This document shows positions 1-10,606 of a stretch of DNA of 64,000 bases, piece after piece. The stretch covers positions 704,001 to 768,000 of the forward strand of contig CBDEFM010000002.1 in NCBI GenBank assembly GCA_965237415.1, written 5' to 3'. Positions within the stretch are counted from its first letter, which is position 1. The number at the start of each line of letters is the position of its first letter. Position numbers and translations under genes: made by a program. The DNA is from Alphaproteobacteria bacterium (GTDB taxonomy: Bacteria; Pseudomonadota; Alphaproteobacteria; UBA828). The notes beneath the pieces were generated by a model. The model searched no databases and had not been told where the DNA came from. It worked only from the letters and a program-made list of their open reading frames with translations.

Positions 1-885
1 ATCTGGGGCTACGGCGGAATCCTCTGCTTCGGCCAGTCGGCGTTCTACGGCCTCGGCGCCTACAGCTATGCCATCGCGGTGGGCAACTTCGGCGAGAGCA
101 CGGCGCCCTTCCTGCTGGCGATCATCGTGCCCGCCGCCTTCGCCGCCCTGCTGGGCTACTTCATGTTCTATGGCCGCCTCAGCGACGTCTATCTCGCCGT
201 GGTGACGCTGGCGGTCACGCTCATCCTCTACAACTTCATGCGCTCGACGGCGGGCGAGGAATACGCCATCGGCGCGCAGCGGCTCATGGGCTTCAACGGC
301 ATCTCGTCGGTCCAGCCCATCAATTGGCCGGGGGACGGCAACGCGCTGCTCTTCCCGGACGAGATATTCCATCTCTCGATGGGGTGTCTCATTCTGTGCT
401 ACGTCGGCTTGAAATTCCTCAACCGCTCGCATTTCGGGCGGGTCGCGGTCGCGATTCGGGAGAACGAGCTGCGCGCCGAGCTGCTCGGCTACGACGTCCG
501 CCTGCACAAGCTGCAGACGTTCACCATCGGCGGCGGCATGGCCGGGCTCGCCGGGTGCCTCGGCGTCAATTTCAACTCCTTCGTCAACCCGGATGTGTTC
601 GCCCTCAACTTCGCGGCCGAGATCATCATGTGGACGTTGATTGGCGGGCTCGGCACCCTGGTCGGGCCGATGATCGGCTGTATCGGGCTTCTGATGCTAA
701 AGTTCGAGATCGGCCAGCAGCAGATCACCAACACCTACCTGATCTTCGGCGGGATCATTATGGTATTCGTTCTGCTGGTGCCGGCCGGGCTGCTGCCCAC
801 CGCGCGCCAGCTTGCGGATCGTTTCGTTCCTGGGATGCGCGACGGCAACGGGGCCGGTGAGAGAGCGCGGGAGGCGGCGCAGTGA
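1..885 (+). CDS. Branched-chain amino acid/urea-type ABC permease (UrtC/LivM-like), 5' partial
   Basis: Frame open from base 1 (IWGYGGILCFGQSAFYGLGAY), hydrophobic, AIRENELRAELLGYD motif. Confidence 0.88.
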   Translation: MWGYGGILCFGQSAFYGLGAYSYAIAVGNFGESTAPFLLAIIVPAAFAALLGYFMFYGRLSDVYLAVVTLAVTLILYNFMRSTAGEEYAIGAQRLMGFNGISSVQPINWPGDGNALLFPDEIFHLSMGCLILCYVGLKFLNRSHFGRVAVAIRENELRAELLGYDVRLHKLQTFTIGGGMAGLAGCLGVNFNSFVNPDVFALNFAAEIIMWTLIGGLGTLVGPMIGCIGLLMLKFEIGQQQITNTYLIFGGIIMVFVLLVPAGLLPTARQLADRFVPGMRDGNGAGERAREAAQ

Positions 886-1646
886 CAGAGGGAGCGAGCG
901 ACGCGGTGACCGATACGGCGGCGAACGCTATGCCCATCCTGGAGACGCACGGTCTGACAATGCGCTTCGGCGGCGTGGTCGCGGTCGACCATGTGGACTT
1001 CGCCATGGCCGAAGGCGAGCTCCGCTGCCTGATCGGCCCGAACGGCGCCGGCAAGAGCACCTTCTTCAAGTGCCTGACCCACCAGTACAAGGCGTCGGCC
1101 GGACGGGTCCGCTTCCGGGGCACCGACATCACCGGCTCCCACACCTACCAGATCGCGCGCCGCGGCATCGGCATCAAGACCCAGGTGCCGAGCGTCTTCG
1201 ACGGGCTGAGCGTCCACGAGAACATCTGGGTCGCAGCGCGGCGCCATCACGGCCGCCGCGAGGCCAACCAAACCGTCGACGGAATTCTGGAGAGGCTCCG
1301 GCTCAGCGCCCTCGCCCGCCGGCTCGTGGGTCAGCTCGCCCACGGCGAGCGGCAGCGGGTCGAGCTCGGCACCGTGCTCACCAGCGAGCCCGAGCTGATT
1401 CTGCTCGACGAGCCGACGGCGGGCATGACCCACGAAGAGGTCAATCAGACCACCGATCTGATTCGCGAGATCCACAAGACCACCTCGATGATCGTCGTCG
1501 AGCACGACATGCAGTTCATCAAGGCGATCGCGAAGCGGGTCACCGTGTTCCATCAAGGAGCGATCCTGATCGAAGACACCATGGCGAACCTGGAGAAGAA
1601 CCAGCAGGTGCGCGACATCTATCTCGGCAAGCAGCACGCGGCCTGA
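882..1646 (+). CDS. ABC transporter ATP-binding protein (UrtD/LivG-like)
   Basis: GPNGAGKS Walker A, LLDEPTAG Walker B, VEHDM. Confidence 0.92.
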   Translation: MTEGASDAVTDTAANAMPILETHGLTMRFGGVVAVDHVDFAMAEGELRCLIGPNGAGKSTFFKCLTHQYKASAGRVRFRGTDITGSHTYQIARRGIGIKTQVPSVFDGLSVHENIWVAARRHHGRREANQTVDGILERLRLSALARRLVGQLAHGERQRVELGTVLTSEPELILLDEPTAGMTHEEVNQTTDLIREIHKTTSMIVVEHDMQFIKAIAKRVTVFHQGAILIEDTMANLEKNQQVRDIYLGKQHAA

Positions 1647-1649
1647 AAC

Positions 1650-2354
1650 ATGCTGAGCGCCGAAGGCATCCGCGCGAGCTACGGCAGGATCCCGATCCTG
1701 CACGGCATCGACCTCCAGGTCGCGGAGGGCGAGTTCGTCGGCATCCTGGGCCACAACGGGATGGGCAAGACGACGCTGCTCAAGACCCTGATCGGCCTGG
1801 TCAAGACAACCGACGGCACGATCACCTTCGAGGGCGAGGCGATCACGCGGGAGCCGCCGCACAAGCGCAGCCGCCGCGGTATCGGCTATGTACCACAGGG
1901 GCGCGAGATCTTCCCCAACGTGAGCGTGCGCGACAATCTGCGATTGGGCTTCGCGGTGCAGAAGGTCGACGAGCGGGAGGTCCTAGAGGAGGTGCTGGAG
2001 GAGTTCCCGCGCCTCAAGCCGCTTCTCGACCGCGCCGGCCGCGTGCTCTCCGGCGGTGAGCAGCAGATCCTGGCGCTTGCGCGGTGCCTCTGCGGTCGCC
2101 CGCGTCTGATCCTCCTCGACGAGCCGACGGAAGGAATCCAGCCCTCGATCGTCGAAGAGATCGTGGAAATCCTCAAGACCCTGCAGGTCCGGCGCAAGCT
2201 CACCGTCGTCCTGGTCGAGCAGAACCTCGACTTCATCGCCGAACTGTCCCAGCGCGTGCTCATCATTCAGCGCGGTCAGTTCACCAGCGAGGTCTCGCCG
2301 GCGCAGCTCTCCGACCCCGATCTCATCGGTGAGTTCGTCGGCATGGGCGGCTAG
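1650..2354 (+). CDS. ABC transporter ATP-binding protein (UrtE/LivF-like)
   Basis: GHNGMGKT, LSGGEQQ, LLDEPTEGIQPS. Confidence 0.92.
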   Translation: MLSAEGIRASYGRIPILHGIDLQVAEGEFVGILGHNGMGKTTLLKTLIGLVKTTDGTITFEGEAITREPPHKRSRRGIGYVPQGREIFPNVSVRDNLRLGFAVQKVDEREVLEEVLEEFPRLKPLLDRAGRVLSGGEQQILALARCLCGRPRLILLDEPTEGIQPSIVEEIVEILKTLQVRRKLTVVLVEQNLDFIAELSQRVLIIQRGQFTSEVSPAQLSDPDLIGEFVGMGG

Positions 2355-2376
2355 GGTCAGGATCGAGATCGAGGCC

Positions 2377-3180
2377 ATGCCCGCGCTCACCGACGCCCAA
2401 CGCCACGAATTCGAAGACCACGGATACCTGCTGCTACCCGCCCTCTTCTCGGAGGACGAGATGGCCGCCGTGCGCGCCGAGGCCGAGACCGTGGCGGCGC
2501 GGGAAGGCCCCGAGGTTGTTGCCGAGGCGGAGTCCGATGCTGTGCGGCTCGTCTACGGTGCGCATCGCTTCAACGAGGCGTTTCATCGCCTCTCGCGCCA
2601 TCCCCGCTGGCTGGAGCCGGTGCAGGAGCTGATGGGCGGGCCGGTCTACATCCACCAGTCGCGCCTCAACCCCAAGGCGGCATTCCGCGGCGGACCGTGG
2701 GACTGGCATCAGGACTACGCCACCTGGTCGAACCGCGACGGGCTCCGCGAGCCCCGCGCCTTCATGGTCGCGATCCTGCTGGACGAGGCCAACGCCGCCA
2801 ACGGGCCGCTGATGCTGGTGCCGGGCTCGCACCACTACGGGCTGATCGCCGAGGCCGCGGACAACCGCGAATCGCCCGGCTACACGCTGTTCCTCATCTC
2901 CGACGAGCATCTCACCCACATCGTGGACGCGGGCGGCATTGAGCCCGTCGTCGGCCCGCCTGGGTCTGTCCTGATCACCCACGCCAATATGGTTCACGGC
3001 TCGGCTGGCAACATCACCCCTTGGCCGCGCCGCATCTTCTATCTCAACGTCGCCGCGGTCGATAACCCGCCCACCAAGTTCGAGCGCGCCGAGCATCACT
3101 GCACCCGCGACTGGTCGGCGATCGAGCCCCTGGACGACGATTGCCTCCTCGACCTGACGTCGGGGACAGCAGCCGACTGA
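2377..3180 (+). CDS. PhyH-family Fe(II)/2OG dioxygenase (ectoine/proline hydroxylase-like)
   Basis: WHQD facial-triad start, NGPLMLVPGSH, HGS..N..R; start moved to ATG 2377. Confidence 0.88.
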   Translation: MPALTDAQRHEFEDHGYLLLPALFSEDEMAAVRAEAETVAAREGPEVVAEAESDAVRLVYGAHRFNEAFHRLSRHPRWLEPVQELMGGPVYIHQSRLNPKAAFRGGPWDWHQDYATWSNRDGLREPRAFMVAILLDEANAANGPLMLVPGSHHYGLIAEAADNRESPGYTLFLISDEHLTHIVDAGGIEPVVGPPGSVLITHANMVHGSAGNITPWPRRIFYLNVAAVDNPPTKFERAEHHCTRDWSAIEPLDDDCLLDLTSGTAAD

Positions 3181-3188
3181 GGACCCCC

Positions 3189-4205
3189 ATGAAGTATGGA
3201 TTCTTCATCCGCGGCCAGTTCCGCCGCGGCGAGGACATGAACGCGCGATTCGCGGACCTCTGCGCCCAGGCGAGACTCGCGGACGAACTGGGCTTCGACA
3301 TCCTCGCCACGGGCATGCACTACGCCGCCTACCCGCTGCAGCAATACCAGCAGATTCCGCTGCTGGCGCGGCTGATGGCGGAGGCGCCGCGCTGCCGCCT
3401 GCTGCCGGGAATCATCTTGCTCTCGCTGCACAAGCCGCTCGACATCGCCGAGCAGGTCGCCACGCTCGACGTGATGTCGGGCGGGCGCATGATCTTCGGT
3501 GCCGGCCTCGGCTATCGCGAGGTGGAGTTCAAGGGTTTCGGCACCACGCAGGCCGAGCGCGTGGCGCGGCTCGAAGAGAATCTCGAGGCCGTCGTCCGCC
3601 TCTGGACCGAGGACGGCGTGACCATGGCGGGCTCCCACTTCACGCTCGACGACGCGACCGTCTCGCTCAAGCCGATGCAGAAGCCGCACCCGCCGATCTG
3701 GCTCGGGGCCAACGCGGATGCGGCGGTCGAGCGCGCGGCCCGGCTCGGCGATACCTGGTTCATCAACCCGCACCAGCGCATGGAGACCACCGAGCGTCAG
3801 CTCATGATCTACCGCCGCGCCCTCGACGAGGCGAACCGGCCCTTCCCCGAGGAACTGCCGCTGATGCGCGAGATTTTCGTTGCCCGCACCAGGACGGAGG
3901 CGGAACGGCTGGCCCGCCCCTACCTGGAGGAGAAGTACAAGACCTATCACCAATGGGGTCAGGACAAGGCCATGCCGGCCGGCGACGACGACCTCTCGCT
4001 CGACTTCGAGGAGCTGATGCGCGACCGCTTCCTCTTCGGCTCACCCGAGGAGGTGGCGGAGCAGATCGCCGGCTACGACCGCCGCCTGGGCATCACCACC
4101 TTCATCCTCGGCATGGACTGGCTCGGGATGCCGCACGCGCAAGTCACCGACAGCATGCGGCTCTTCGCCGAAGAGGTGGTGCCGCAGGTCGAAGGCGCCG
4201 CCTAG
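3189..4205 (+). CDS. LLM-class flavin-dependent oxidoreductase
   Basis: IAEQVATLDVMSGGR, GLGYREVEF, PHPPIWLGAN. Confidence 0.9.
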   Translation: MKYGFFIRGQFRRGEDMNARFADLCAQARLADELGFDILATGMHYAAYPLQQYQQIPLLARLMAEAPRCRLLPGIILLSLHKPLDIAEQVATLDVMSGGRMIFGAGLGYREVEFKGFGTTQAERVARLEENLEAVVRLWTEDGVTMAGSHFTLDDATVSLKPMQKPHPPIWLGANADAAVERAARLGDTWFINPHQRMETTERQLMIYRRALDEANRPFPEELPLMREIFVARTRTEAERLARPYLEEKYKTYHQWGQDKAMPAGDDDLSLDFEELMRDRFLFGSPEEVAEQIAGYDRRLGITTFILGMDWLGMPHAQVTDSMRLFAEEVVPQVEGAA

Positions 4206-4227
4206 GTCCCGGTCCCCCGCACACGCC

Positions 4228-4632
4228 ATGGCCGAGAGCCTTCACCACGTCCACATCTTTGCCCGCGATATCGAGGCGACCATCGCCTGGTGGCGCGACA
4301 TGCTGGGCGGCGAGCTGGTCTATGACGGGGTGCTCGCCGGCTCCCGCAACGTCTTCATGCGGATCGGCAGCGGCGGGCTGCACCTCTACGACCAGCCACC
4401 GCGCGATACGGGACACGGCGCGGTCCACCATATCGGCATCCGGAGCGACGACCTGCGTGCCCTGGTCGCACGCTTGAAGGCGGAGGGAGTGCCCTTCCGC
4501 AGCGAGGTCCGAGAGTTCGGCACCTGGCGCTACATCATGTGCGCCGCACCTGACGACGTGCTGCTGGAGCTCTTCGAGTTCGATCCCGACCACGAGCCCC
4601 AGCACGCAACCCGCTGGCTGCGGGAGGAGTAG
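4228..4632 (+). CDS. VOC/glyoxalase family protein
   Basis: LHHVHI, VHHIGI, APDDVLLELFE. Confidence 0.85.
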   Translation: MAESLHHVHIFARDIEATIAWWRDMLGGELVYDGVLAGSRNVFMRIGSGGLHLYDQPPRDTGHGAVHHIGIRSDDLRALVARLKAEGVPFRSEVREFGTWRYIMCAAPDDVLLELFEFDPDHEPQHATRWLREE

Positions 4633-4672
4633 CGACAGCGGTACACCATTCGTCTCCGTTGCCTCGCGCCGT

Positions 4673-5485
4673 TCAGTTGCCGAGCCGGATGATTTCCGGA
4701 AGGAAAGTCACGACCTCGGGAACGAAGGTGATGAGCAGCGCGAGCCCCACCATGATCAGGAAGAACGGGAGCGTCGCGCGGGCGATGCGACCGATCCGCT
4801 CGCCAGTCATCCCCTAAATTACGAACAGGTTGAAGCCCACGGGTGGCGTGATCTGCGCCATCTCCACCACGATCACCAGGAACACGCCGAACCAGATCTT
4901 GTCGAACCCCGCCGCCTGCACGAGCGGCAGCGTGATGGGCAAGGTCATGACGATGCTCGACATGCCCTCCAGCACGCAGCCGAGGATCGCGTAGAAGACG
5001 AGCAACAACACGAGTAGCGCGATGGGTGAGAGATCGAGGGCCGCAATCTCGCCGGCGACCATGCGGGGCACACCGAGGAAGACGAGCGGCGTTTCGTCGA
5101 TGGTGGCGGAGGTGCTGCCGCCCACCCATGACTTCCAAGCAAAGGCGGCCAGCGACCACGCGAGCACACCGGCGATCATGATGCCGGCCGTGGTGGCAGC
5201 AACGTCGAGCCAGTACGCCAACCGGGGAGGAACGCTCTGCGAGAGCAGCATCACCCTGACGTATCCGCCCGTCCGCAACGCGAACGCCGCGGCGAGGAAG
5301 ATCGAGACGGCGAAGCAGTACGCCGCGTATTCCCAGGCGAAGGAGAGGCTGACGTTGAGCGCGGTGCGGCAGAAGATTTCGGCGAGAATGAGCCCTGCGA
5401 TCCCCAGCACCAGCACGGCCGCGAGGTAGCCGCAGGCGCGCGACAGCGCATCTATTCCTATGAGAATCCGCGCAAGAGCGGACAA
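4673..5485 (-). pseudogene. TRAP permease pseudogene: DctQ N-part joined to DctM C-part, with internal TAG
   Basis: DctQ-like start switches near 5080 to DctM C-terminus (ITPPVGFNLFVI); TAG at 4814-4816 followed in frame by GMTGERIGRIARATLPFF...RLGN stop 4673. Confidence 0.8.
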
Positions 5486-5565
5486 GGCGCCGGCCTCCCT
5501 GGACCGCTCGCGGTTACCGAGACCCGGCGCTCACGGCTAGTCGCCGGACGCCGGAGCGGTACCCG

Positions 5566-6570
5566 CTAGCGGCCGATGTCCCGGAAGAAGCCGTCGATGA
5601 TGGCTTCGCCCTCATCGCCGAGCTCGGCCAGCGCCTCGGCCAGCATCGGCTCGGTCGCGGCCTGCATGTCGTCCAGCATCGCCGCCGACACCTCGGCCAT
5701 CGCCAACCCGCGCTCGTTCAGGATCTTCGATTTCGCCGCGTCCTCGGCCTTGCTGACCTGCCAGAACACGGGCTCCAGCATCCGGGCCACCGCCTCGATG
5801 GTCTCCCGCTGGCCTTCGGCGAGAGAATTCCAGGCATCGAGATTCACGGAGACCATGTTCGACGACCAGACGTGGCTCGTCGGGTACATGTGCGAGAGGA
5901 ACTCCCAGAACTTCCCGTCCACGCCGGAGCTCGCCGAGGTCGTGACGGCATCGATGGTTCCGGCCGCGAGCGATGGCACCACTTCGCCCCAGGGAAGCTG
6001 CACCGATGTCATGCCGATGCGGTTGAACATCTCGGTGGTCGTGCTGTTGTAAGTGCGGATCTTGATTCCGGCGAGGTCCGCGACGCCCTTGGCCTCCACC
6101 TTGGTGTACACGTATTGGCGCGGCCACGGTACGACGTAGAGAACCCTCTGGTTGTACGCCGCGGCCACCCTTTCGATGGCCGGGCGGAAATGCTTGTGGA
6201 AGATCGCGAGTTGATCGAGGTCCTCGATGAGGTACGGCTGCGTTTCCAGCCCGAGGATCTTGCGCTCTCCAACCTGCTGATTGAGGAGCATTTCGCCGAT
6301 GGGCACGAGCCCGTCGCCGACCGCGTTCAGCATCTCGGGTCCCTTGAAGCCCAGTGACCCGCCCGGGTGAATGTTGATGGTGACTTCGCCGCCGGTGACT
6401 TGCCCCACCACCTTGGCGAAGGTCTTGGCGTTCTCGACGTGGAAGTTGCCGTCGGGCCAGGCGAGGGGCAGGTCCCATTCGGTCTCGGCCAGAGCGGCGG
6501 TCGTCAGAGATGCGAAGAGCAGCGCAGCCGAGACGACTGCGGCAGTGGAGAGGCGCGCGGCGTGCAACAT
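5566..6570 (-). CDS. TRAP substrate-binding protein DctP
   Basis: Signal peptide, IHPGGSLGFK, DLAGIKIRTY, LPWGEVVPSL. Confidence 0.9.
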   Translation of the reverse strand: MLHAARLSTAAVVSAALLFASLTTAALAETEWDLPLAWPDGNFHVENAKTFAKVVGQVTGGEVTINIHPGGSLGFKGPEMLNAVGDGLVPIGEMLLNQQVGERKILGLETQPYLIEDLDQLAIFHKHFRPAIERVAAAYNQRVLYVVPWPRQYVYTKVEAKGVADLAGIKIRTYNSTTTEMFNRIGMTSVQLPWGEVVPSLAAGTIDAVTTSASSGVDGKFWEFLSHMYPTSHVWSSNMVSVNLDAWNSLAEGQRETIEAVARMLEPVFWQVSKAEDAAKSKILNERGLAMAEVSAAMLDDMQAATEPMLAEALAELGDEGEAIIDGFFRDIGR

Positions 6571-6722
6571 GGCTCGATACCTCTTCGTGAATCCCGGTTC
6601 CCTGTCATGCGGGATTGTAGAAAGCGGAGCACGCGTCTGGATGTGAACGGCACCTCCATCAATCTATCAGCGGCCCTGCGGCTCTGTCAGCAGCGGCCGG
6701 GAACGTCACCCATGCGCCGCCG

Positions 6723-8129
6723 TCAGACCAGCAGCATCCCCGCAAGGCCGAGGAAGGCGAGGAAGCCCACGACATCGGTAACCGTGGTGAGCAGCACGCC
6801 TGCCGCCGTCGCCGGGTCGATCTTCAGCCGCCAGAGCGCAACCGGGATCACCAGCCCGAAGGAGCCGGCGACCAGCATGTTGATGATCATGGCGGCTCCG
6901 ATCACGATGCCGAGCGCGATGTTGTCGTACCAGGCCGCGGCGGCGACGCCGATGAGGAGGGCGAAGACGACGCCGTTGATCCCGCCGACCAGCACCTCCT
7001 TCCACAGCACCCTGAGCACGTTGGATGTCGTCAGGTCCTTGGTGGCGATGGCGCGCACCGCCACCGTCATGGTCTGCGTGCCGGCGTTGCCGCCCATGGA
7101 GGCGACGATCGGCATGAGGACCGCGAGCGCCACCATCTGATCGATCGTTCCATCGAACTGATAGATCACGAGCGACGCGAGGATCGCCGTGCCCAGATTC
7201 ACCAGCAGCCAAGTGAAGCGGCCGGTCGCGGTGCGCAGCGCGGCGCGGTAGATGTCCGGCTCCTGCACACCGCTGAGGCGCAGGATGTCCTCCTCCGCCT
7301 CCTCCTGGATAACGTCGACCACGTCGTCCACGGTGATGACGCCGATGAGGCGCCCGGACTCGCCGATCACGGGCGCCGATACGAGGTCGTACTGGTCGAA
7401 GACGTGGCCCACCTCCTCCTGATCGGTCTCGGCGGGGATCGCCTTGAGGTCCGTCGCCATGATGTCGCGCAGCTGGACCGGGCGCCGGGTGCGGAGCAGC
7501 CTGTGTAGCGGGATCCGCCCGATGGGCCGATGGCGAGGGTCGATGACGTAGATCTCGTAGAAGTCGTCCGGCATGTCGCCGCCGGTCTCGCGCATGTGGT
7601 CGATGGTCTGGCCCACGGTCCAGAAAGCCGGCAGCGACACCACCTCGCGCTGCATGAGGCGGCCGGCGCTGTCCTCGGGGTAGGTCAGGCTTTCCGTGAC
7701 ACCGGCCCGCTCCTCGCTCGAGATCGCGTCGAGAATCTCCTTGCGCTGCGGGTCGTCCAGGTCCTCGAGCACGGCGACGGCGTCGTCGCTCTCCATGTCT
7801 GCGATCGCCTCGGCGGCCCGCTCCGCGCCGATCTCCCCGATCAGCTCCTCGCGGATCTCGTCCCCGACATGGGGGAGCACGTCGCCGCTCAGCACATCGT
7901 GGGCGATGGCGATGAGACGGCGGCGCTCGCCGGCGCGGAACCTCTCGATCAGATCGGCAACGTCGGCCTCGTGCAGGGGCGCGACCAGGGCACGGACGCG
8001 GTCGCCGTCGGAATCCGCCAACGCCACGCGCACGGCGCCGACAAGCTCTATCGTGAGACCGTAGAGACCCTCGCGCCCGCCCCGTTCGGCCGCGGCGCCG
8101 ATCTCGGGCGGCAGGTCGGGCCGCGCCAC
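6723..8129 (-). CDS. mgtE: Magnesium transporter MgtE
   Basis: YPEDSAGRLM, CBS pair, MGGNAGTQT, TTVTDVVGF. Confidence 0.95.
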   Translation of the reverse strand: MARPDLPPEIGAAAERGGREGLYGLTIELVGAVRVALADSDGDRVRALVAPLHEADVADLIERFRAGERRRLIAIAHDVLSGDVLPHVGDEIREELIGEIGAERAAEAIADMESDDAVAVLEDLDDPQRKEILDAISSEERAGVTESLTYPEDSAGRLMQREVVSLPAFWTVGQTIDHMRETGGDMPDDFYEIYVIDPRHRPIGRIPLHRLLRTRRPVQLRDIMATDLKAIPAETDQEEVGHVFDQYDLVSAPVIGESGRLIGVITVDDVVDVIQEEAEEDILRLSGVQEPDIYRAALRTATGRFTWLLVNLGTAILASLVIYQFDGTIDQMVALAVLMPIVASMGGNAGTQTMTVAVRAIATKDLTTSNVLRVLWKEVLVGGINGVVFALLIGVAAAAWYDNIALGIVIGAAMIINMLVAGSFGLVIPVALWRLKIDPATAAGVLLTTVTDVVGFLAFLGLAGMLLV

Positions 8130-8140
8130 TGTGTCCTCGT

Positions 8141-10447
8141 TCAGCCCGCCGTGTCGGCGGCGGTTGCCACGTCGCTCTCCCCCGCCCGGCTTTGCGCCTC
8201 GACGGCGGCGACGGCGGTCATGTTGAGCACGCCGCGGGTGGTGGCCGACCCATGCAGCACGTAGGCCGGCGCAGCCAGCCCAAGGAGGATCGGGCCGACG
8301 GAGATGCCGTCGGCCAGCACCTTGAGCATGCCGTAGGCGATGTTGGCCGAGGTCAGGTCGGGCAGGATCAGAGTATTGGCTTGGCCGGTAAGTCGGGAGT
8401 TGGGGAACATCTCGGCGCGGATCGCCTCATCGAGCGCGGCGTCGGCGTTCATCTCGCCCTCGGCCTCCAGCTCGGGCGCCCTCTGGTGAAGCAGGTGCAT
8501 CGCCTCGCGCATCTTCACCGACGCCGCGAGGTCGTTGCTGCCGAAGTTGGAGGCGGAGAGCAGCGCGATCTTCGGCGTCATGCCGAAGCGCCGGACCTGC
8601 TCGGCGACCAGCATGGTCGACTGGCAGAGTTGCGACGGAGTCGGGTCCTCGGTGATATCCGTGTCGGCGATGAAGAAGATGCCCTTGGTCAGGATCAGGA
8701 CCCTGAGCGCCGCCGCAGTGGCGACACCGGCTCGGAGTCCGATCACGTCGAGCACGTGCAGAAGCTCCGCGCGGAACGGCGTCGCCGGGCCGGCCAACAT
8801 CGCGTCGGCGTCGCCGCAACGCACCATCATCGAGGCGATCACCGTGGGTTGCGTGCGGAGCGCTCTGCGCGCCGCCGCCGGCGCGGCTCCGCGACGCCCC
8901 ATCAACTCGTGATAGAGCCGGCAATAGGCGTCATATTTCTCGTAGTGCTCCGGATCGACGACCTCGACGTCCGTGCCCGGCTGAAGCCGGAGCGAGAGCC
9001 GTTCGATCCGCTCCTCGATGCGGGACGGCCGCCCGATCAGGATCGGCCGCGCGATGCCCTCGTCGATGGCTTGCTGGGCGGCGCGCAGCACACGCTCGTT
9101 CTCGCCGGCAGCGTAGACCACCCTTTGCGGGTCCTGCTTGGCCTGATCGAACACCACCTTCATCAAGTAGCCGGTGCGGAATACGAGGCCCGCGAGCTCT
9201 GCCCGATAGGCCGCGAGGTCGGCGATCGGCCGGCCCGCGACTCCGCTCGCCATCGCCGCCTCGATCACGGCGATCGGCACGGTCTCGATCAGGCGCGGGT
9301 CGAAGGGCTTTGGGATGATGTAGTCGGGGCCGAATTTCTGCGACTGGTCGCCATAGGCCGCGGCCACGACGTCGGAGGATTCGGCGGTCGCCAGGTCGGC
9401 AATCGCGCGCACGCAGGCGAGCTTCATCGCCGTGTTGATCTCGGTCGCTCCGCAATCGAGCGCGCCGCGAAAGATGAACGGGAAGCAGAGCACGTTGTTG
9501 ACCTGGTTCGGATAGTCGGAGCGCCCGGTCGCGATGATCGCGTCGGGCCGCGCGGCGAGCGCATCCTCGGGCATGATCTCGGGTGTCGGGTTCGCGAGCG
9601 CGAGGATGATGGGCTTCGGGCCCATGCTCCGCACCATCGCCTGGCTCATGGTACCGGGGCCTGAGAGGCCGAGGAAGATGTCGGCGCCCGCGATCGCGTC
9701 GTCGAGCGTGCGTGCGTCGGTGTCGAGCGCGTAGCGCTTCTTTTGCTCGTTCAGGTCCGTCCGGCCCGCGTGTACGACGCCCTTGCGGTCGCATACCGAG
9801 ATGTTGTGTTGCGTGACGCCGAGCTCGCGCAGGAGGTCGAGGCAGGCGATGGCTGCGGCCCCTGCGCCCGAGCACACAACCCGAACCGCATCTGGCGTCT
9901 TGCCGACGATCCGGAGCGCGTTGAGCGCGGCGGCTGCCACGCAGATCGCGGTGCCGTGCTGATCGTCGTGGAACACTGGGATGTTGAGGCGCTCCCTGAG
10001 GCGACGCTCGACCTCGAAGCACTCGGGAGCCTTGATGTCCTCGAGGTTGATTGCGCCGAAGGTCGGCTCCAGGCGGGCGATGGTCTCTACCAGCGCGTCG
10101 ACGTCGCCTTCGTCGACCTCGATGTCGAAGACGTCGATGTTGGCGAACTTCTTGAAGAGGACCGCCTTGCCCTCCATCACCGGCTTCGAAGCGAGGGCGC
10201 CGATGGAGCCGAGGCCCAGCACCGCGCTGCCGTTGCTGATCACCGCGACCAGATTGGCTCGGACGGTGTAGTCCCAGGCCCGTGCCGGGTCCTTCGCGAT
10301 CTCCTCGCAGGCCGCGGCCACGCCCGGGCTGTAGGCAAGCGCCAGATCGCGCTGCGTGCTCATGCGCTTGGTGGCATGGATGCCGAGCTTGCCCGGCTTG
10401 GGCTTGCGGTGATAGTCGAGCGCCGCTTGACGCAGGTCTTCCGCCAT
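8141..10447 (-). CDS. maeB: NADP-dependent malic enzyme with PTA-like domain
   Basis: [31 protein letters not shown]-terminal PTA-like domain. Confidence 0.95.
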   Translation of the reverse strand: MAEDLRQAALDYHRKPKPGKLGIHATKRMSTQRDLALAYSPGVAAACEEIAKDPARAWDYTVRANLVAVISNGSAVLGLGSIGALASKPVMEGKAVLFKKFANIDVFDIEVDEGDVDALVETIARLEPTFGAINLEDIKAPECFEVERRLRERLNIPVFHDDQHGTAICVAAAALNALRIVGKTPDAVRVVCSGAGAAAIACLDLLRELGVTQHNISVCDRKGVVHAGRTDLNEQKKRYALDTDARTLDDAIAGADIFLGLSGPGTMSQAMVRSMGPKPIILALANPTPEIMPEDALAARPDAIIATGRSDYPNQVNNVLCFPFIFRGALDCGATEINTAMKLACVRAIADLATAESSDVVAAAYGDQSQKFGPDYIIPKPFDPRLIETVPIAVIEAAMASGVAGRPIADLAAYRAELAGLVFRTGYLMKVVFDQAKQDPQRVVYAAGENERVLRAAQQAIDEGIARPILIGRPSRIEERIERLSLRLQPGTDVEVVDPEHYEKYDAYCRLYHELMGRRGAAPAAARRALRTQPTVIASMMVRCGDADAMLAGPATPFRAELLHVLDVIGLRAGVATAAALRVLILTKGIFFIADTDITEDPTPSQLCQSTMLVAEQVRRFGMTPKIALLSASNFGSNDLAASVKMREAMHLLHQRAPELEAEGEMNADAALDEAIRAEMFPNSRLTGQANTLILPDLTSANIAYGMLKVLADGISVGPILLGLAAPAYVLHGSATTRGVLNMTAVAAVEAQSRAGESDVATAADTAG

Positions 10448-10606
10448 GGCCTGCCCCTTCTTCGATTCCGCTGCGCCGTGCCGCCGGGACTTTGGTCGCA
10501 ACGTTTCTCGATAGCAAACAGAATCGGTTGCCAGCCTGCATCATTCGCGCGCGCCGGTGTAAGATCGTTGGTTTACGGCACGCGACGCCGGCAAAGGGAG
10601 GCGGTC

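Noticed and set aside
1-2354. Urea transporter urtCDE
   Set aside because: Family resemblance only; downstream genes are not urease, so no symbols assigned
9743-10606. Long N-terminal extensions of ORFs 9743-11452, 16642-18141, 31185-33083 and 34315-35247
   Set aside because: Shadow frames overlapping real genes in high-GC DNA; starts were trimmed
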